Shown here piece by piece: positions 27,606-38,210 of a stretch of DNA of 64,000 nt. The stretch is taken from assembly GCA_035255465.1 (NCBI GenBank), contig DATEZP010000060.1, positions 5,159-69,158 of the forward strand, written 5' to 3'. Positions within the stretch are counted from its first letter, which is position 1. Each line of letters begins with the position of its first letter. The notes beneath the pieces were generated by a model that was not told where the DNA came from, searched no databases, and was given only the letters and a program-made list of their open reading frames with translations. The translations under genes and the position numbers were made by a program. Origin of the DNA: Holophagaceae bacterium (lineage in GTDB: Bacteria; Acidobacteriota; Holophagae; Holophagales; Holophagaceae).

Positions 27606-28193
27606 ATGCCGACCGTGACCCGCGAAGATGCCCAGGTCTCCCACATCCGGGGCCCAGGCATGCCCCTGTTGCGGGCCACCATGCTGGCCACCCTCTCGGA
27701 AGCTCGACAGGCCGAGCTGCAGGCGCGCCTCTCTCCGGAAGGCCAGGCCTTCATGGCCGCGCCCGTGGCGGAATCCGAGTGGATCCCCCTGCCCGTGGTG
27801 CTGGAGGTGGAGGCGGCCTTCCTGGCCCTGAGCGAGTTCGACCCCTTCCCCTCCCACGGCATCCTCATGGCCCAGTGCATGCTGGATGGCCGGCTGGAAG
27901 GCCTGCTCCTCGGATGGATGGGGCATCGCGCCTTCCTCCGGATCCTGCCCCGGGTCTGGAGCCGCTTCAATCGGGGCGGCACCCTCCACCTGGATTTCCT
28001 GGGCGATTCCGAAGCCACGCTCACGCTCTGGGCGGACTATCCCACGTCGATCTTCGTGGCCAAGGTGGTACCCGCCTACGCCGGCGAAATGCTGCGGCGG
28101 CTGGGGGCGGAGCAGGCCACGGTGGTCTATGAGCCGCCGGGGGACGGGGACCCGTCCTGGAAGCACTGCTACCGGGTGTCCTGGAAGGCCTGA
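27606..28193 (+). CDS. Hypothetical protein (DUF2378/TIGR02265-like)
   Basis: Conserved W/Y-rich pattern; start ambiguous (27564/27606/27660). Confidence 0.5.
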   Translation: MPTVTREDAQVSHIRGPGMPLLRATMLATLSEARQAELQARLSPEGQAFMAAPVAESEWIPLPVVLEVEAAFLALSEFDPFPSHGILMAQCMLDGRLEGLLLGWMGHRAFLRILPRVWSRFNRGGTLHLDFLGDSEATLTLWADYPTSIFVAKVVPAYAGEMLRRLGAEQATVVYEPPGDGDPSWKHCYRVSWKA

Positions 28194-28199
28194 GCCGGG

Positions 28200-28850
28200 T
28201 CAGATGACCTTGGGCCCCAAGCGTTCCCGCAGGGCTCGGATCTGGGCCACCTCTTCGGCGGCCATGGGTTTCGCACTGCCCAGCTGCTCCGCGGCCAAGA
28301 GGATCTTGGCCACCTGTTCCAGGCGCTCCAGCCCGCCCAGGGCTTCGCGCAGGCTCTCGCCCCAGCACAGGCCGCCGTGGCGGGCGAGGACCATGACCCG
28401 ATGCCCCGGCAGGAAGGGATGGAGGTTCGTGCCCATGGCCTCCGTACCGGGAATGGCCATGGGCACGATGGGAATGCGCCCCGTGGCGAGGATCACCTCC
28501 GGCAGAGCATCCCCGGGCAGCTCCTTCAGCTCCGGTCGTGCCAAGCTCCAGGCGATGGCGGTCACCGGATGGGCGTGGACCACGGCCTGGGCTTCGGGAA
28601 CCCGGCGGTACACCTCCAGGTGCATGGCCCGCTCGCTGCTGGGATCGCCCCGGAGGATGCGGCCATCCAAATCCAGAAAGGCGAAATCGTGGAGGCTCAG
28701 TTCCGCCTTGGGCACGCCCCGGGGCGTGATGGCGATGCGGCCATCGGGCAACCGCGCCGAAACGTTGCCATCCGCCGCCGCCAACAGCCCCTGCGCGTGC
28801 AGACGGCGGCAGCCGTCGAGGATTTCTTGGAGGATGGCGGAGGTACCCAT
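28200..28850 (-). CDS. mtnB: Class II aldolase/adducin family; probable methylthioribulose-1-phosphate dehydratase
   Basis: GNVSARLPDGRIAITPRG...HLEVY...VVHAHP. Neighbour of mtnA. Confidence 0.75.
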   Translation of the reverse strand: MGTSAILQEILDGCRRLHAQGLLAAADGNVSARLPDGRIAITPRGVPKAELSLHDFAFLDLDGRILRGDPSSERAMHLEVYRRVPEAQAVVHAHPVTAIAWSLARPELKELPGDALPEVILATGRIPIVPMAIPGTEAMGTNLHPFLPGHRVMVLARHGGLCWGESLREALGGLERLEQVAKILLAAEQLGSAKPMAAEEVAQIRALRERLGPKVI

Positions 28851-28857
28851 GGGGCCA

Positions 28858-29220
28858 TTATCCCCGGCGGGAAGGCACCGTGGCTGACAGCTTCTTCGGC
28901 GCCACCGCCCGGAAACTCTCATCCAGCCAATCCATCATCATCGGAAGCGGGATCGGTTCCTTCGTTTTGAAGGTGCATGTGATCCAGCCACTCTTGCCCA
29001 GGCCGTAGGCGGTGGGTTTGGCGAAGGGGAGCAGCAGGGCGAAGTCCCGGGAGGCGGGGAGTTTGAAGGTGATGCGAAGTTCGTCCTCATCCTTGCCCAG
29101 GAAGAGGAAGACCTTCTCCTTCACTTTGAAGGCACACTCGCCCCAGGGATGGTCCTCCCGGGTCTCGGGGTACGCGAGGGCGGCCTTGCGGAGGGCGGTG
29201 ACGGTGCGGGCCAAAGTCAT
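28858..29220 (-). CDS. MmcQ/YjbR-family protein
   Basis: HPWGECAFKVKEKVFLFLG. Confidence 0.65.
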   Translation of the reverse strand: MTLARTVTALRKAALAYPETREDHPWGECAFKVKEKVFLFLGKDEDELRITFKLPASRDFALLLPFAKPTAYGLGKSGWITCTFKTKEPIPLPMMMDWLDESFRAVAPKKLSATVPSRRG

Positions 29221-29254
29221 GGCAGCAGGGTATCCCTTCGGGCAGCATGGGGCC

Positions 29255-29920
29255 ATGGCAGAGCAGTGGCGGCGCATCTACGCGGAGGCTCCGGAGGTCT
29301 TCGCGGCCTTCGCCCGGGCGGAGGATCCGGATGGCCGGGTGAGTGCGGCCTTGCTCCGGCAGGGGGCGCTGGAGGGCCGGCGGGTGCTGGAGATCGGAGC
29401 GGGCACCGGGAAGCTGGCGGGACGTTTGAGCCCGGCCTGCGCGGCGTGGATCGGCTTGGAGCCTGAGGCTGCGCTGCTGGCGAGGATGGCGCCCGGCCCC
29501 ATGGGGCTCCGCGCCCTGGGGCAGCAGCTTCCCCTGAAAGACCGGTCGGTGGATCGGGCGGTGGCCGCCTGGGTGCTCGGCTACCTCGGCCGGAGCACGG
29601 TGGGCGCGATCCTGGCGGACGTGGGGCGCGTGCTCGCACCGGGCGCCGGCGCGGGCATCTGGGCCATCGAGAACGCGGGCTCCGGCGATTTCCAGACGCT
29701 GAGGGGCTTCCGCGGCTTGGAACCTGGGGCGCGGCGCCTGGTGGATGAATTCGGATTCCGCGTGGTCGAGGAGGTGCCCCTCCGCCTCACCTTCGATTCC
29801 CCTGGGGAGGCGGCGCGGATCCTGGGGGCGCTATGCGGTGAGGAAGTCCGGCAGGCCCTGGACCTAAATCCCAGGAAGGAGCTGTCCCACGCCGCGGCCC
29901 TGCTCTTCAGGCCGTTCTGA
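29255..29920 (+). CDS. Class I SAM-dependent methyltransferase
   Basis: VLEIGAGTGKLAGRL motif I. Confidence 0.7.
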   Translation: MAEQWRRIYAEAPEVFAAFARAEDPDGRVSAALLRQGALEGRRVLEIGAGTGKLAGRLSPACAAWIGLEPEAALLARMAPGPMGLRALGQQLPLKDRSVDRAVAAWVLGYLGRSTVGAILADVGRVLAPGAGAGIWAIENAGSGDFQTLRGFRGLEPGARRLVDEFGFRVVEEVPLRLTFDSPGEAARILGALCGEEVRQALDLNPRKELSHAAALLFRPF

Positions 29921-30659
29921 TCACGCCCTCGTCGGCCCAGAAATAGGCCACGGTGCTGGAACGCAGCATGTCGCTGCGGCGGTAGATGGTGAAACCGCGA
30001 TCCCGGGTGCGCACCCCGTCCACGGCATCCCGGTAAGCCTGGGTGGAGGTGAGCAGCTCCGAGCCGTGATCCCGGCCCTGGCGGCCCGTGGGGAGGAAGC
30101 GGTAAAGGTGCCAGGCATGCAGGTTGCCACCCGCGGTTTTGAAGTCCTGCAGCTTATCCGCCAGGGTGGGGAGCTCGGGCAGGTTCTCCCGGGTGACGAC
30201 GGTGGAGAGGGTGATGGAGCAGCCCGCATCCGCCAGTCGGGCCAACTGCTCCAGCACCTGGGCGTGGTGCCCCTTCGCATGGCGGCGCAGGTGGTCGTGG
30301 AGCGCGGGGGTGGCGGCTTCCAGGGGGAGGATGAAGCGGTCGATGGCGGGTTCGTGTTCGATGCCGATGGGCAGGAGGGTGCCATTGGTGCAGACCTGCA
30401 CCAGGAACCCCATGGCCTTGGCCTTGCGGCAGAGGTCCAGGAGGCCGTGGGGCCACAGGAAGGGCTCGCCGCCGCCCAGCACCACCTGGGTGAAGCCAAG
30501 GGCTTTGAGGTGGGTCAGCAGGGCCAGGGCCTGCGCGGGGGAGATCACCGAGAAATCCAATTCGCTGCCGCAAAAGCGGCAGCTCATGTTGCAGTCCGGC
30601 AGCAGGTAGATCGAGGCGATCACCTTGCCGGGGGGGATGGGGAGGGTGGAGAGGTCCAT
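29907..30659 (-). CDS. Radical SAM protein (small, about 250 aa)
   Basis: CNMSCRFCGS (CX3CX2C); GGGEPFLWP. Confidence 0.75.
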   Translation of the reverse strand: MDLSTLPIPPGKVIASIYLLPDCNMSCRFCGSELDFSVISPAQALALLTHLKALGFTQVVLGGGEPFLWPHGLLDLCRKAKAMGFLVQVCTNGTLLPIGIEHEPAIDRFILPLEAATPALHDHLRRHAKGHHAQVLEQLARLADAGCSITLSTVVTRENLPELPTLADKLQDFKTAGGNLHAWHLYRFLPTGRQGRDHGSELLTSTQAYRDAVDGVRTRDRGFTIYRRSDMLRSSTVAYFWADEGVIRTA

Positions 30660-30940
30660 GGAGCCTCGGGCTTCACCTAGCTTCGGCGGGGAAGGTTGGG
30701 GACTCGATGATGGTTGGTACAACATGGATTTGGTCGGGGTGACGCGTTGGAGTGCCACGACGCCACGGTGCCACGGGAGGCGGTGGGAAGGGCTGAACGT
30801 GGAGGAAAGCGGGAACCGCCTGGGATCCGAAGGCCGGAAGCACGGGTGGGTCGCGCTCCCTCCGTCGGAGTTCCATTGCGGCCCGGCATCTCCGCATATT
30901 CGTGGTGCTGATCCTCACCGCAAGACGCGACCAATCAATG

Positions 30941-30966
30941 AAAAAGGGCGGCCCATGGACCGCCCT
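30941..30966 (-). terminator. Intrinsic terminator downstream of the flotillin gene
   Basis: Minus strand AGGGCGGtccatgggCCGCCCTTTTTCATT. Confidence 0.6.
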
Positions 30967-30986
30967 CTGACCGACGGGGAACCCGA

Positions 30987-33014
30987 TCAGGACTTATTCA
31001 TGCCCTTCATGAGGTCCTGGCGGATGCGCTCGGCCTCGGCGTCCCGGGGTGCGATGGGGGCCACGCCGGCGAGGTTGCCCACCTTTTCGCTGAGCATGAG
31101 GGTGAGCAGGCTTTCGATGAAGTTGCCCTTGCCCTCATGGGAGCCCATCTGGATCTTGGGCACCAGGTCCACCTTGGAAGTTTCCACCGCCTCGGCGAAG
31201 CGGGCCATGACCTGCTGCACGAGCTGGAATTGGGGACCGCCATAGGCGCGGACCTGTTCCTCCACCGCGAGGGCCTGGGCCACACCCACGCGGGCCGCGC
31301 GTTCGGCATCGGCTTCAGCGATGGCCTTGATCTTCTTGGCCTCGCCTTCGGCGGTGATGCGGTTGCGCTCGGCTTCCGCGGTGGCGAGGGTCTGGATGCG
31401 GTTGGCTTCCTGTTGGGCGCGGGCGAAATCGGCCTTGCCCTGGTTGCTCTGCACGGTGATGGCGATTTCGGATTCCGTCAGCATGGTCTGTTGCTTGGCC
31501 CGGGCCTCGGCTTCGCGGAGTTCCCGTTCCTGCACGGCGGCCTTCTCCTGGCGGGTGTAGGTCTCCACCTGTTCTTCGGCGATCTGGCGGCTGCGGAGCT
31601 GGGTGAGGATCTGTTCGATCTGGCCGCCGGCCACGCCGCTGGTGGGTGTGCCGATGAGCACTTCCTGGAGGTCCAGGTTGTAGCCCGCGAATTTCTCCTT
31701 CATCTGGCCGCTGGATTGATCCTGGATGGCGGAGCGATCCTGGATGAGCTGGATGAGGGTGCGGGTCTGGCCGATGTTCTTGAAGTAGGCGCTGACCATG
31801 GGATCCAAGGTCTGCTCCACGAGCCGCTTAATGTCGCCGAAACGCTGGATGACGAGGGGCGCCTTGCGGTAGTCGATGTGGACGACGACGCTCAGGGGCA
31901 GGCTGGGCTCGAAGGCATCCTTGGTGATGAGGCTCACCTCGGAGAGGTTCTCATCCAGCTTGTGGCTGCCCACTTCGGCCTTGCTCCACTTCAGGATGAA
32001 GTTGGTGGTGGGCACCATCACCATCTTCCCGGCGTAGGTGTTGAAGGCGTACTTGCCGGGGAGCATGGGCTCGGCCCACACACCGCGTTCGCCCGTGGCC
32101 ACGAGTTCGCCATGGCGGTACTCGGCGCCGCTGATGTCCTTGCCCAGCTCACCGGTGTAGCTCACGACCACGCCCACGGTGCCCACTTCCACCACCGTCT
32201 TGGCGACGGCCTCGGCCGTGGCGAAGAGGCGGTTGATGTAGTAGGTGCCTTCCACCAGCACCTGCAGCTGGCGGCCGCGGCGGCCGTTGGCGCGGAGGAA
32301 CTTGTCCGCGTCCTGGAAATTGTTGTGGTAGGTGGCGGCGTCGGCGGGGTCGTTGCCCACGGCGGGCGCGATGATTTCCCCGGCCTGGAGGCTGGGGCCA
32401 TCGTGCACGGTGATGATGCCGATGACGTCGTCGGTGCCCTTGATGACCACGGGGCGGTAGCCCCCACGCTCGGCGATGATGGCGCTCATCTTGGTGAAGG
32501 TCTCCAGCTCACTGCGATCCAGGGGCAGGTAGTAGAGCTGGTCTTCGGTCAGCACGATGAATTCCGCCAGATTGATGGCGTAGGTGCCTTCGCGGAGGAT
32601 CTGCCGCTGGGGGCCCTTCTGGCCACCGGCCTGGAGGAAGCCCACCACGTCCTGGAAATCCTTGGCCTTCTCGTTGGAAGCCAGGGCCTGGGTGGCGGGA
32701 AGATCGCGGCCGTCACGGGCGAACACATAGCCGATCTTGCCCTGGGGGATGGTGACGAGCGGGGCCTTGTGGATGCGGTAGATGAAGGGCATGAGCACGT
32801 GCCAGCCACCGCGGAGGACATGGGGCTGGAAGCCGGCCTCGCCGCTGAGGGCGATGAGGCCGCCTTTCACGGAGCCGGTGCCGCTCCACAGCTTTTCCAG
32901 GATGCCGACCCGGTTGTTGGGGATGTAACGGAGGGTCTTGGCGAGAGTAAATAGCACAAGGGCGCCGAGGATGAGGATCATCGGATTCGAAGCGGCCCAT
33001 TCGAGAAGGGACAT
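30987..33014 (-). CDS. Flotillin (SPFH/band-7 domain, FloT/YqiK-like)
   Basis: N-terminal TM, SPFH core, long EA-rich coiled coil. Start MSLLEWAASNPMIL at 33014. Confidence 0.85.
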   Translation of the reverse strand: MSLLEWAASNPMILILGALVLFTLAKTLRYIPNNRVGILEKLWSGTGSVKGGLIALSGEAGFQPHVLRGGWHVLMPFIYRIHKAPLVTIPQGKIGYVFARDGRDLPATQALASNEKAKDFQDVVGFLQAGGQKGPQRQILREGTYAINLAEFIVLTEDQLYYLPLDRSELETFTKMSAIIAERGGYRPVVIKGTDDVIGIITVHDGPSLQAGEIIAPAVGNDPADAATYHNNFQDADKFLRANGRRGRQLQVLVEGTYYINRLFATAEAVAKTVVEVGTVGVVVSYTGELGKDISGAEYRHGELVATGERGVWAEPMLPGKYAFNTYAGKMVMVPTTNFILKWSKAEVGSHKLDENLSEVSLITKDAFEPSLPLSVVVHIDYRKAPLVIQRFGDIKRLVEQTLDPMVSAYFKNIGQTRTLIQLIQDRSAIQDQSSGQMKEKFAGYNLDLQEVLIGTPTSGVAGGQIEQILTQLRSRQIAEEQVETYTRQEKAAVQERELREAEARAKQQTMLTESEIAITVQSNQGKADFARAQQEANRIQTLATAEAERNRITAEGEAKKIKAIAEADAERAARVGVAQALAVEEQVRAYGGPQFQLVQQVMARFAEAVETSKVDLVPKIQMGSHEGKGNFIESLLTLMLSEKVGNLAGVAPIAPRDAEAERIRQDLMKGMNKS

Positions 33015-33275
33015 GAAGTCTCCAGAAGGTGGTGGGAAGGAAACGGTAGCAGGCCAGGCACCTGACAGGCGGGCCTCGAGCCGCGAGGCCTTGGCCCTGC
33101 GGGGCGGGGATGGTTGCCTCTTGGAAGCTCCGCCAAGTGCGGTTGAGTTCACGTGGGAGCGACTTTTTGAGGGAACCAAAGATCATCGAACGGACGGATC
33201 ATAGGAACAGCCCCCCGGAAGTCAATCGAAGGTGCGGGTGCCTGTGATGATGGTCGTCACAGCCGGAGGTGATCC

Positions 33276-33632
33276 ATGGCCATTTCCGCCAGCTACCGAA
33301 CCTGGATCTTGGAGCAACTCGGCCAGATCCAGCCGGTTCAAGGCAAATCGATGTTCGGGGGGCTTGGCATCTACGCTGAGGGCCTCTTCTTCGCCCTGGC
33401 CGACGACGACCGCCTCTACTTCAAGGTCGATGACGGATCCCGGCCCGCCTACGTGGAGGCGGGCATGGGCGCCTTCGATCCCTTCAAGGATGGCCGCACC
33501 ATGGAGGGATACTACGAAGTGCCCGGTGAGGTGCTGGAGGATGATTTCGTGCTGTCGGTGTGGATGGAGCGCGCCCTTGCCGTGGCGGCCCGGGCCAAAC
33601 GGCCGAAGAAGGCCAAGGCGGTGAAGCGGTGA
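33276..33632 (+). CDS. TfoX/Sxy N-terminal domain protein
   Basis: SMFGGLGIYAEGLFFALADDDRLYFKVDD. Confidence 0.75.
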   Translation: MAISASYRTWILEQLGQIQPVQGKSMFGGLGIYAEGLFFALADDDRLYFKVDDGSRPAYVEAGMGAFDPFKDGRTMEGYYEVPGEVLEDDFVLSVWMERALAVAARAKRPKKAKAVKR

Positions 33633-34108
33633 TCCGCATCCTCGTGAGCGCGTGCCTGCTGGGCGATCCCGTTCGCTTTGACGGCCGCGCGAAGACGGTG
33701 CGCGACTCCCGATTGGAGCGCTGGGCGGCGGAAGGTCGCCTGGTGCCCCTGTGCCCCGAGGTGGCGGGCGGCTTGCCGGTTCCGCGGCCCCCCGCGGAGC
33801 GCCAGCCCGATGGGCGGGTGCTGGATGATCAGGGGGTGGATCGCACGGCGGCGTTCCAGCTGGGCGCGCAGCGGGCTCTGGAGGCGGCGCAGACCCACGG
33901 CTGCGCCCTGGCAATCCTCAAGGAGGGAAGCCCCTCCTGCGGCGTGGCGCGGATCTATGACGGCACCTTCACGAAGCAGCCCCTGGCGGGCCAGGGGCTG
34001 ACGACGGAACGGCTCAAGGCTGAGGGCATCGCGGTGTTCAGCGAAGGGGAGCTGGATGAGGCGGCCCGCTTGGTGGACGTGCTGGAGCGGATGGCGGCCG
34101 AAGGTTAG
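33629..34108 (+). CDS. DUF523 domain protein
   Basis: ILVSACLLGDPVRFDG...CPEVAGGLPVPR...SPSCG. GTG overlaps the tfoX stop. Confidence 0.75.
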   Translation: MIRILVSACLLGDPVRFDGRAKTVRDSRLERWAAEGRLVPLCPEVAGGLPVPRPPAERQPDGRVLDDQGVDRTAAFQLGAQRALEAAQTHGCALAILKEGSPSCGVARIYDGTFTKQPLAGQGLTTERLKAEGIAVFSEGELDEAARLVDVLERMAAEG

Positions 34109-35376
34109 TCGTGCTTGCGGATCTCGAACCAGGCCCGTTCGAGGCCTTCGCGATCGTCCGGGTGGGCGATGGCGATGAGGGCCTTGGCCCGTTCCCCCAG
34201 CGTTTTGCCGAACAGGTAGGCGGCGCCGAACTCGGTGACGATGTAGTGCACGTGGAAGCGGGTGGTCACCACGCCGGCGCCGGCCTTGAGGGTGGAGACG
34301 ATGCGGCTCTCGCCTTTCTTGGTGCGGCTGGGCAGGGCGATGATGGGCTTGCCGCCCTCGCTGATGGCCGCGGCCCGGATGAAATCCATCTGGCCGCCCA
34401 CGCCGCTGATGATGCGGCTGCCCACGCTATCGCTGCACACCTGGCCGGTGATATCCACTTCCACCGCGGAGTTGATGGCGGTGACCTTGGGGTTGCGGGC
34501 GATGACGCTGGGGTTGTTCACATAGGCGATGTCGAGGAGCACGCAGGAGGGGTTGTCGTCGAGCATGTCGAAGCTTTTCCGGGTGCCCACCACGAAACCG
34601 CTCACGGTCTTGCCGGGGTGGATCTTCTTGAGGCTGTTGTCCACCACGCCGCTTTCGAGCAGGGGCACGAGGCCATCCGTCCACATTTCGGTGTGGATGC
34701 CCAAGTGGCGGTGGTGGCGCAGCGCTTCCAACGCGGCGTCGGGAATGGCGCCGATGCCCATCTGCAGGGTGGCGCCATCTTCCACCAGGCCCGCGATGTG
34801 GGCGCCGATGGCCCGCTCGGCTTGGGACAGGGCGGGGATGGGCGAGAGGTCCAATTCCTCATCCACCTCCACCCAGTGGTGCACCTGGGAAATGTGCACG
34901 AAGCCATCGCCGTGGACGCGGGGCACCTTGGGATTCACTTGGGCGATGATGATCTTGGCACTGTCCAGCGCCGCCTTGGCGATGTCCACGGAGGTGCCCA
35001 GGGTGCAAAAGCCGTGGGCATCCGGCGGGCTCAGGTGGAGGAGGGCGACATCAGGCTGGCGGTGGCCGGCCCGGAAGACCTTGGGGATCTCGTGCAGGAA
35101 GCAGGGGATGAAATCCACGCGATCGGAGCCGATGCGATCCCGCAGGTTGTGGCCCACGAAGAAATTGGCGACGCGGAAGTGATCGATGAATTCGCGGTCG
35201 GCGTAGGGGGCGGAGCCGCCGGTGTGGATGTGCATGAGTTCCACGTCCCGGAGCTCCGGCGCTCGCTGCACGAGGGCCTCGATGAGCCGATGGGGCGTCA
35301 TGGCGCCTCCATGGACGAAGATTCGCTGTCCGCTGTGGATACAGGCGACGGCTTCAAGGGCGGTGGCGTGGCGCAT
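34105..35376 (-). CDS. Acetyl-CoA hydrolase/transferase family (4-hydroxybutyrate/succinyl-CoA:acetate CoA-transferase-like)
   Basis: Full-length similarity; ISGVGGQMDF motif. Confidence 0.85.
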   Translation of the reverse strand: MRHATALEAVACIHSGQRIFVHGGAMTPHRLIEALVQRAPELRDVELMHIHTGGSAPYADREFIDHFRVANFFVGHNLRDRIGSDRVDFIPCFLHEIPKVFRAGHRQPDVALLHLSPPDAHGFCTLGTSVDIAKAALDSAKIIIAQVNPKVPRVHGDGFVHISQVHHWVEVDEELDLSPIPALSQAERAIGAHIAGLVEDGATLQMGIGAIPDAALEALRHHRHLGIHTEMWTDGLVPLLESGVVDNSLKKIHPGKTVSGFVVGTRKSFDMLDDNPSCVLLDIAYVNNPSVIARNPKVTAINSAVEVDITGQVCSDSVGSRIISGVGGQMDFIRAAAISEGGKPIIALPSRTKKGESRIVSTLKAGAGVVTTRFHVHYIVTEFGAAYLFGKTLGERAKALIAIAHPDDREGLERAWFEIRKHD

Positions 35377-35576
35377 GAGGGCCTCCAACGGACAGACTAG
35401 TCCGAGACTGCTTGACGCGGGTCACGGGCGTCGGCGCTCGACGTCACAACCCGGTCCTCGTGGAGCCTGCGCAGATCCCGCCCTCCGAGGTTGCGGTGGG
35501 TAGGAATCCGGCCTCCGGGAGTCGGGGCCACTGAATTCAAAAGAGCGCAAAGGGCCACCTCCGCCAGAATGGAAGC

Positions 35577-36284
35577 ATGAACCTGTTAATCCTCGAAGCT
35601 GGTGATCTGATCGCCCCCGATCGCGCCCGGGTCACGGGCCGTCGCCTGGTGCACGCCCGGGAGATCTTGAAGGCCCAGGGGGGAACCACGCTTCGGGCCG
35701 GCCTCCTGGGTGGGGCCATGGGGCGGGCACAGGTGGCGAAGCTCGACGAGGAGGGCCTGGAGTTGGCCCTCGCGTGGGATGAAGCCCCGCCCGCCAAGCT
35801 TCCGCTCACCCTCTTGCTGGCCCTGCCTCGGCCCAAGGTGCTCAATCGCGTGCTCGCCTCCGCCGCCAGCCTCGGCGTGGCGCGCCTCGTGCTCCTCAAC
35901 GCCTGGAAGGTGGAGAAGGCGTACTGGAAGAGCCCCCGCATGGAGCCGGCCAACCTTCGGGAGCAGTTGATCCTCGGGTTGGAGCAGGCCCGCGACACGG
36001 CACTGCCGGACCTCCAGGTGGAGCGCCTCTTCAAGCCCTTCGTGGAGGATCGTTTGCCGCACCTGCTGGCCGGGGCCACCGGCTTCGTGGCGGATCCGAC
36101 CGGGGAGGAACCTTGCCCCCGGGGGCTGTCGGGCCCCACGGTGCTGGCGGTGGGCCCCGAGGGCGGTTGGATCCCCTCGGAGCTGGAGTCCCTCCGGCGG
36201 GCGGGCCTCCGGGGCATCCATCTGGGGCCCCGGATCCTCCGGACTGAAACGGCGTTGGCGTCCCTGATCGGGAGGCTGGGCTGA
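35577..36284 (+). CDS. rsmE: 16S rRNA (uracil1498-N3)-methyltransferase
   Basis: RsmE PUA + SPOUT: LLALPRPKVLNRVL...GPEGGW. Confidence 0.85.
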   Translation: MNLLILEAGDLIAPDRARVTGRRLVHAREILKAQGGTTLRAGLLGGAMGRAQVAKLDEEGLELALAWDEAPPAKLPLTLLLALPRPKVLNRVLASAASLGVARLVLLNAWKVEKAYWKSPRMEPANLREQLILGLEQARDTALPDLQVERLFKPFVEDRLPHLLAGATGFVADPTGEEPCPRGLSGPTVLAVGPEGGWIPSELESLRRAGLRGIHLGPRILRTETALASLIGRLG

Positions 36285-36293
36285 ACGCAGGGG

Positions 36294-37124
36294 TCAGCCC
36301 TGATTCTTGAATCCCACCAGGGCGCCGTTCTCCCAGGTCACCGCCAATTCGTGGCCTTCGGCATCTTTCCACCGCAGATCCACGCGATCCATGAAGGGGT
36401 TGCGCACGCGTTTGAGGGCGAGGCCCTGGTAGGCCTCGGCCGGAGTCTGGGGCAGGTGGCTGAGCATGGGGCGGGCCCGGGCCGCCTCCTGCTCGAAGGC
36501 TTCGGGGGTGGGATAGGCCGAGTGGAGGGCCCACTCGGAAACCCAGAGCGTCCGGGCGCCTTCGGTGGACGCCACCTGATCCGCGATGCGGCGCAGCGCT
36601 TTCCAATGGGCCCCGATCCGGCGCTCCCGGCGGGCGCCGCGGATCTCCCGGAGGGCATCCCAATCCGGGGCGAAATGGACCATGGTGAAGCCCTCGCCCT
36701 CGGGGCTTTCGAAGGGGCCCGGCCGCTGCACCTGGAATTGCACCCAGCCCCCGCCGCTGCCTTGGGCCACGGCCCAGATGTGCCAGGGGCTCGCGGACCT
36801 GAACCAGGGCGACCGGGACCGAGAGGGCGGTTCCAGGGAGGGCAGGGCGCCGACGCGGGGGCGCCAGGCGCGAACTTCGGCCAGGAAGGCGGCTTCGTCG
36901 TCATAGTCGCCGCGGATCCCGGGGTTCCGGGCCCAGAGGTCCCGCGCCCCCTCCTCGGTGGCGAGGCGCTGGAGGGTGGCGGCCATGAGGGGCCAGGCCT
37001 TGCGGGCCGTGGCCTGTTGTTGGGCGAACATCACCAGGAGCAGGCCGGCGCCGAACAGCAGGGCCCCCAGCAGGGCATGAGCCCAGCCAGGCCAGGGACG
37101 GGAAACGGTTCCTGAGGCGCGCAT
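36294..37124 (-). CDS. Hypothetical membrane-anchored protein
   Basis: N-terminal TM ([16 protein letters not shown]); Trp-rich; no family recognised. Confidence 0.5.
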   Translation of the reverse strand: MRASGTVSRPWPGWAHALLGALLFGAGLLLVMFAQQQATARKAWPLMAATLQRLATEEGARDLWARNPGIRGDYDDEAAFLAEVRAWRPRVGALPSLEPPSRSRSPWFRSASPWHIWAVAQGSGGGWVQFQVQRPGPFESPEGEGFTMVHFAPDWDALREIRGARRERRIGAHWKALRRIADQVASTEGARTLWVSEWALHSAYPTPEAFEQEAARARPMLSHLPQTPAEAYQGLALKRVRNPFMDRVDLRWKDAEGHELAVTWENGALVGFKNQG

Positions 37125-37186
37125 CGTCTCCAGGGTACGGGGCGCCGACCCGAGGGGTTAGGGCCTTCCCTGAGGCAGAATGGAAG

Positions 37187-37993
37187 GTGCCGAATGGGCC
37201 GCAGTCCCCACCCTTCAGGCGTCATCACCGGGGGTGGAGGATCGGTTGGGTGGGTAAGTCCAAGCAGGTTTCAAACGCACCGAGGCGGAAGGGGGTCCTG
37301 CGCCGCGTGGGTGGATGGCTGGTGAAGGCGGGGCTGGCCTTCGTGGCCTTGACGGTCTTCCTGGTGCTCCTCTTCCGGTTCGTGCCCGTGCCGGCCTCGG
37401 CCCTGATGGTGGAGCGTCGGGTCCACTCCTGGTTCTCCAAGGAGCCCTATCGGAGCCGGCACGCCTGGGTGCCCCTGGAGGAAATCAGCCCGGCCATGGG
37501 CGTGGCGGTGATCGCGGCGGAGGATCAGCTCTTCGCGGAGCACTTCGGCTTCGATTGGAACGCCATCGAGAAGGCCGTGAGCCACAACGAACGGAGCCGC
37601 CGCAAGCGCGGGGCCTCCACCCTCTCCCAACAGACGGCCAAGAACCTCTTCCTCTGGTCCTCCCGGTCCTGGGCCCGGAAGGGATTCGAAGTCTGGTTCA
37701 CGCTGGCCCTGGAGGCGGGGTGGTCCAAGCGGCGGATCCTGGAGGTCTACCTGAACATCGTGGAGTTCGGCGATGGGCTCTACGGCGTGGAGGCGGCCAG
37801 TCAGACCTACTTCCACAAGCCCGCGAAACGCCTCACCAACAGCGAGGCCGCGCTGCTGGCCGCCGTGCTTCCGAACCCGCACCGGTTCAAGGTGGATGCC
37901 CCCAGCGAGTACGTCCGGGGCCGGCAGGCCTGGATCCTCCGGCAGATGGAGCAGCTGGGCGGACCCCAGGTGGTGAAGGAGTTGGCGAAGTAA
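37187..37993 (+). CDS. mtgA: Monofunctional peptidoglycan glycosyltransferase
   Basis: GT51: [44 protein letters not shown]. Confidence 0.85.
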   Translation: MPNGPQSPPFRRHHRGWRIGWVGKSKQVSNAPRRKGVLRRVGGWLVKAGLAFVALTVFLVLLFRFVPVPASALMVERRVHSWFSKEPYRSRHAWVPLEEISPAMGVAVIAAEDQLFAEHFGFDWNAIEKAVSHNERSRRKRGASTLSQQTAKNLFLWSSRSWARKGFEVWFTLALEAGWSKRRILEVYLNIVEFGDGLYGVEAASQTYFHKPAKRLTNSEAALLAAVLPNPHRFKVDAPSEYVRGRQAWILRQMEQLGGPQVVKELAK

Positions 37994-37998
37994 CCGGA

Positions 37999-38208
37999 TC
38001 AGGGTTCCGGGTGGCCGGCGCCCCGGAGGTCATGGGCCAGCTGGCGGAACTCCGGGCGCACCCGAGTGGTGCCCCGCACGCCCCCGGGATCGAAGGGGCA
38101 GTGGCGGCATCCGCACCCGCAGCACTCACCCCGGCGCAAGTGGCAGGCGGCGGTGGTCACCCGGAAGCCGCGCTCCAGGTAGAAGTCCGGCTCGTGCGCA
38201 CCCCCCAT
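37999..38208 (-). CDS. Small Cys-rich protein (CHLRRGECCGCGCRHCPF motif), translationally coupled to the upstream metallophosphatase
   Basis: 69 codons filling the gap exactly. ATG 2 nt after the upstream stop. High GC3. Cys cluster resembles small Fe-S/zinc CC-G-x-GCRHCP proteins. Confidence 0.5.
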   Translation of the reverse strand: MGGAHEPDFYLERGFRVTTAACHLRRGECCGCGCRHCPFDPGGVRGTTRVRPEFRQLAHDLRGAGHPEP

Positions 38209-38210
38209 GG

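Noticed and set aside
30757-30780. Tandem octamers TGCCACGA-CGCCACGG-TGCCACGG upstream of the radical SAM gene
   Set aside because: Resembles one arm of the heptamer-hairpin families, but no complementary arm is nearby. Possibly a decayed element. Too little to call a feature.
31137-32954. 605-aa plus-strand ORF
   Set aside because: Antisense to flotillin. G/A/L/H-rich.
34111-35400. 429-aa plus-strand ORF
   Set aside because: Antisense to the CoA-transferase.
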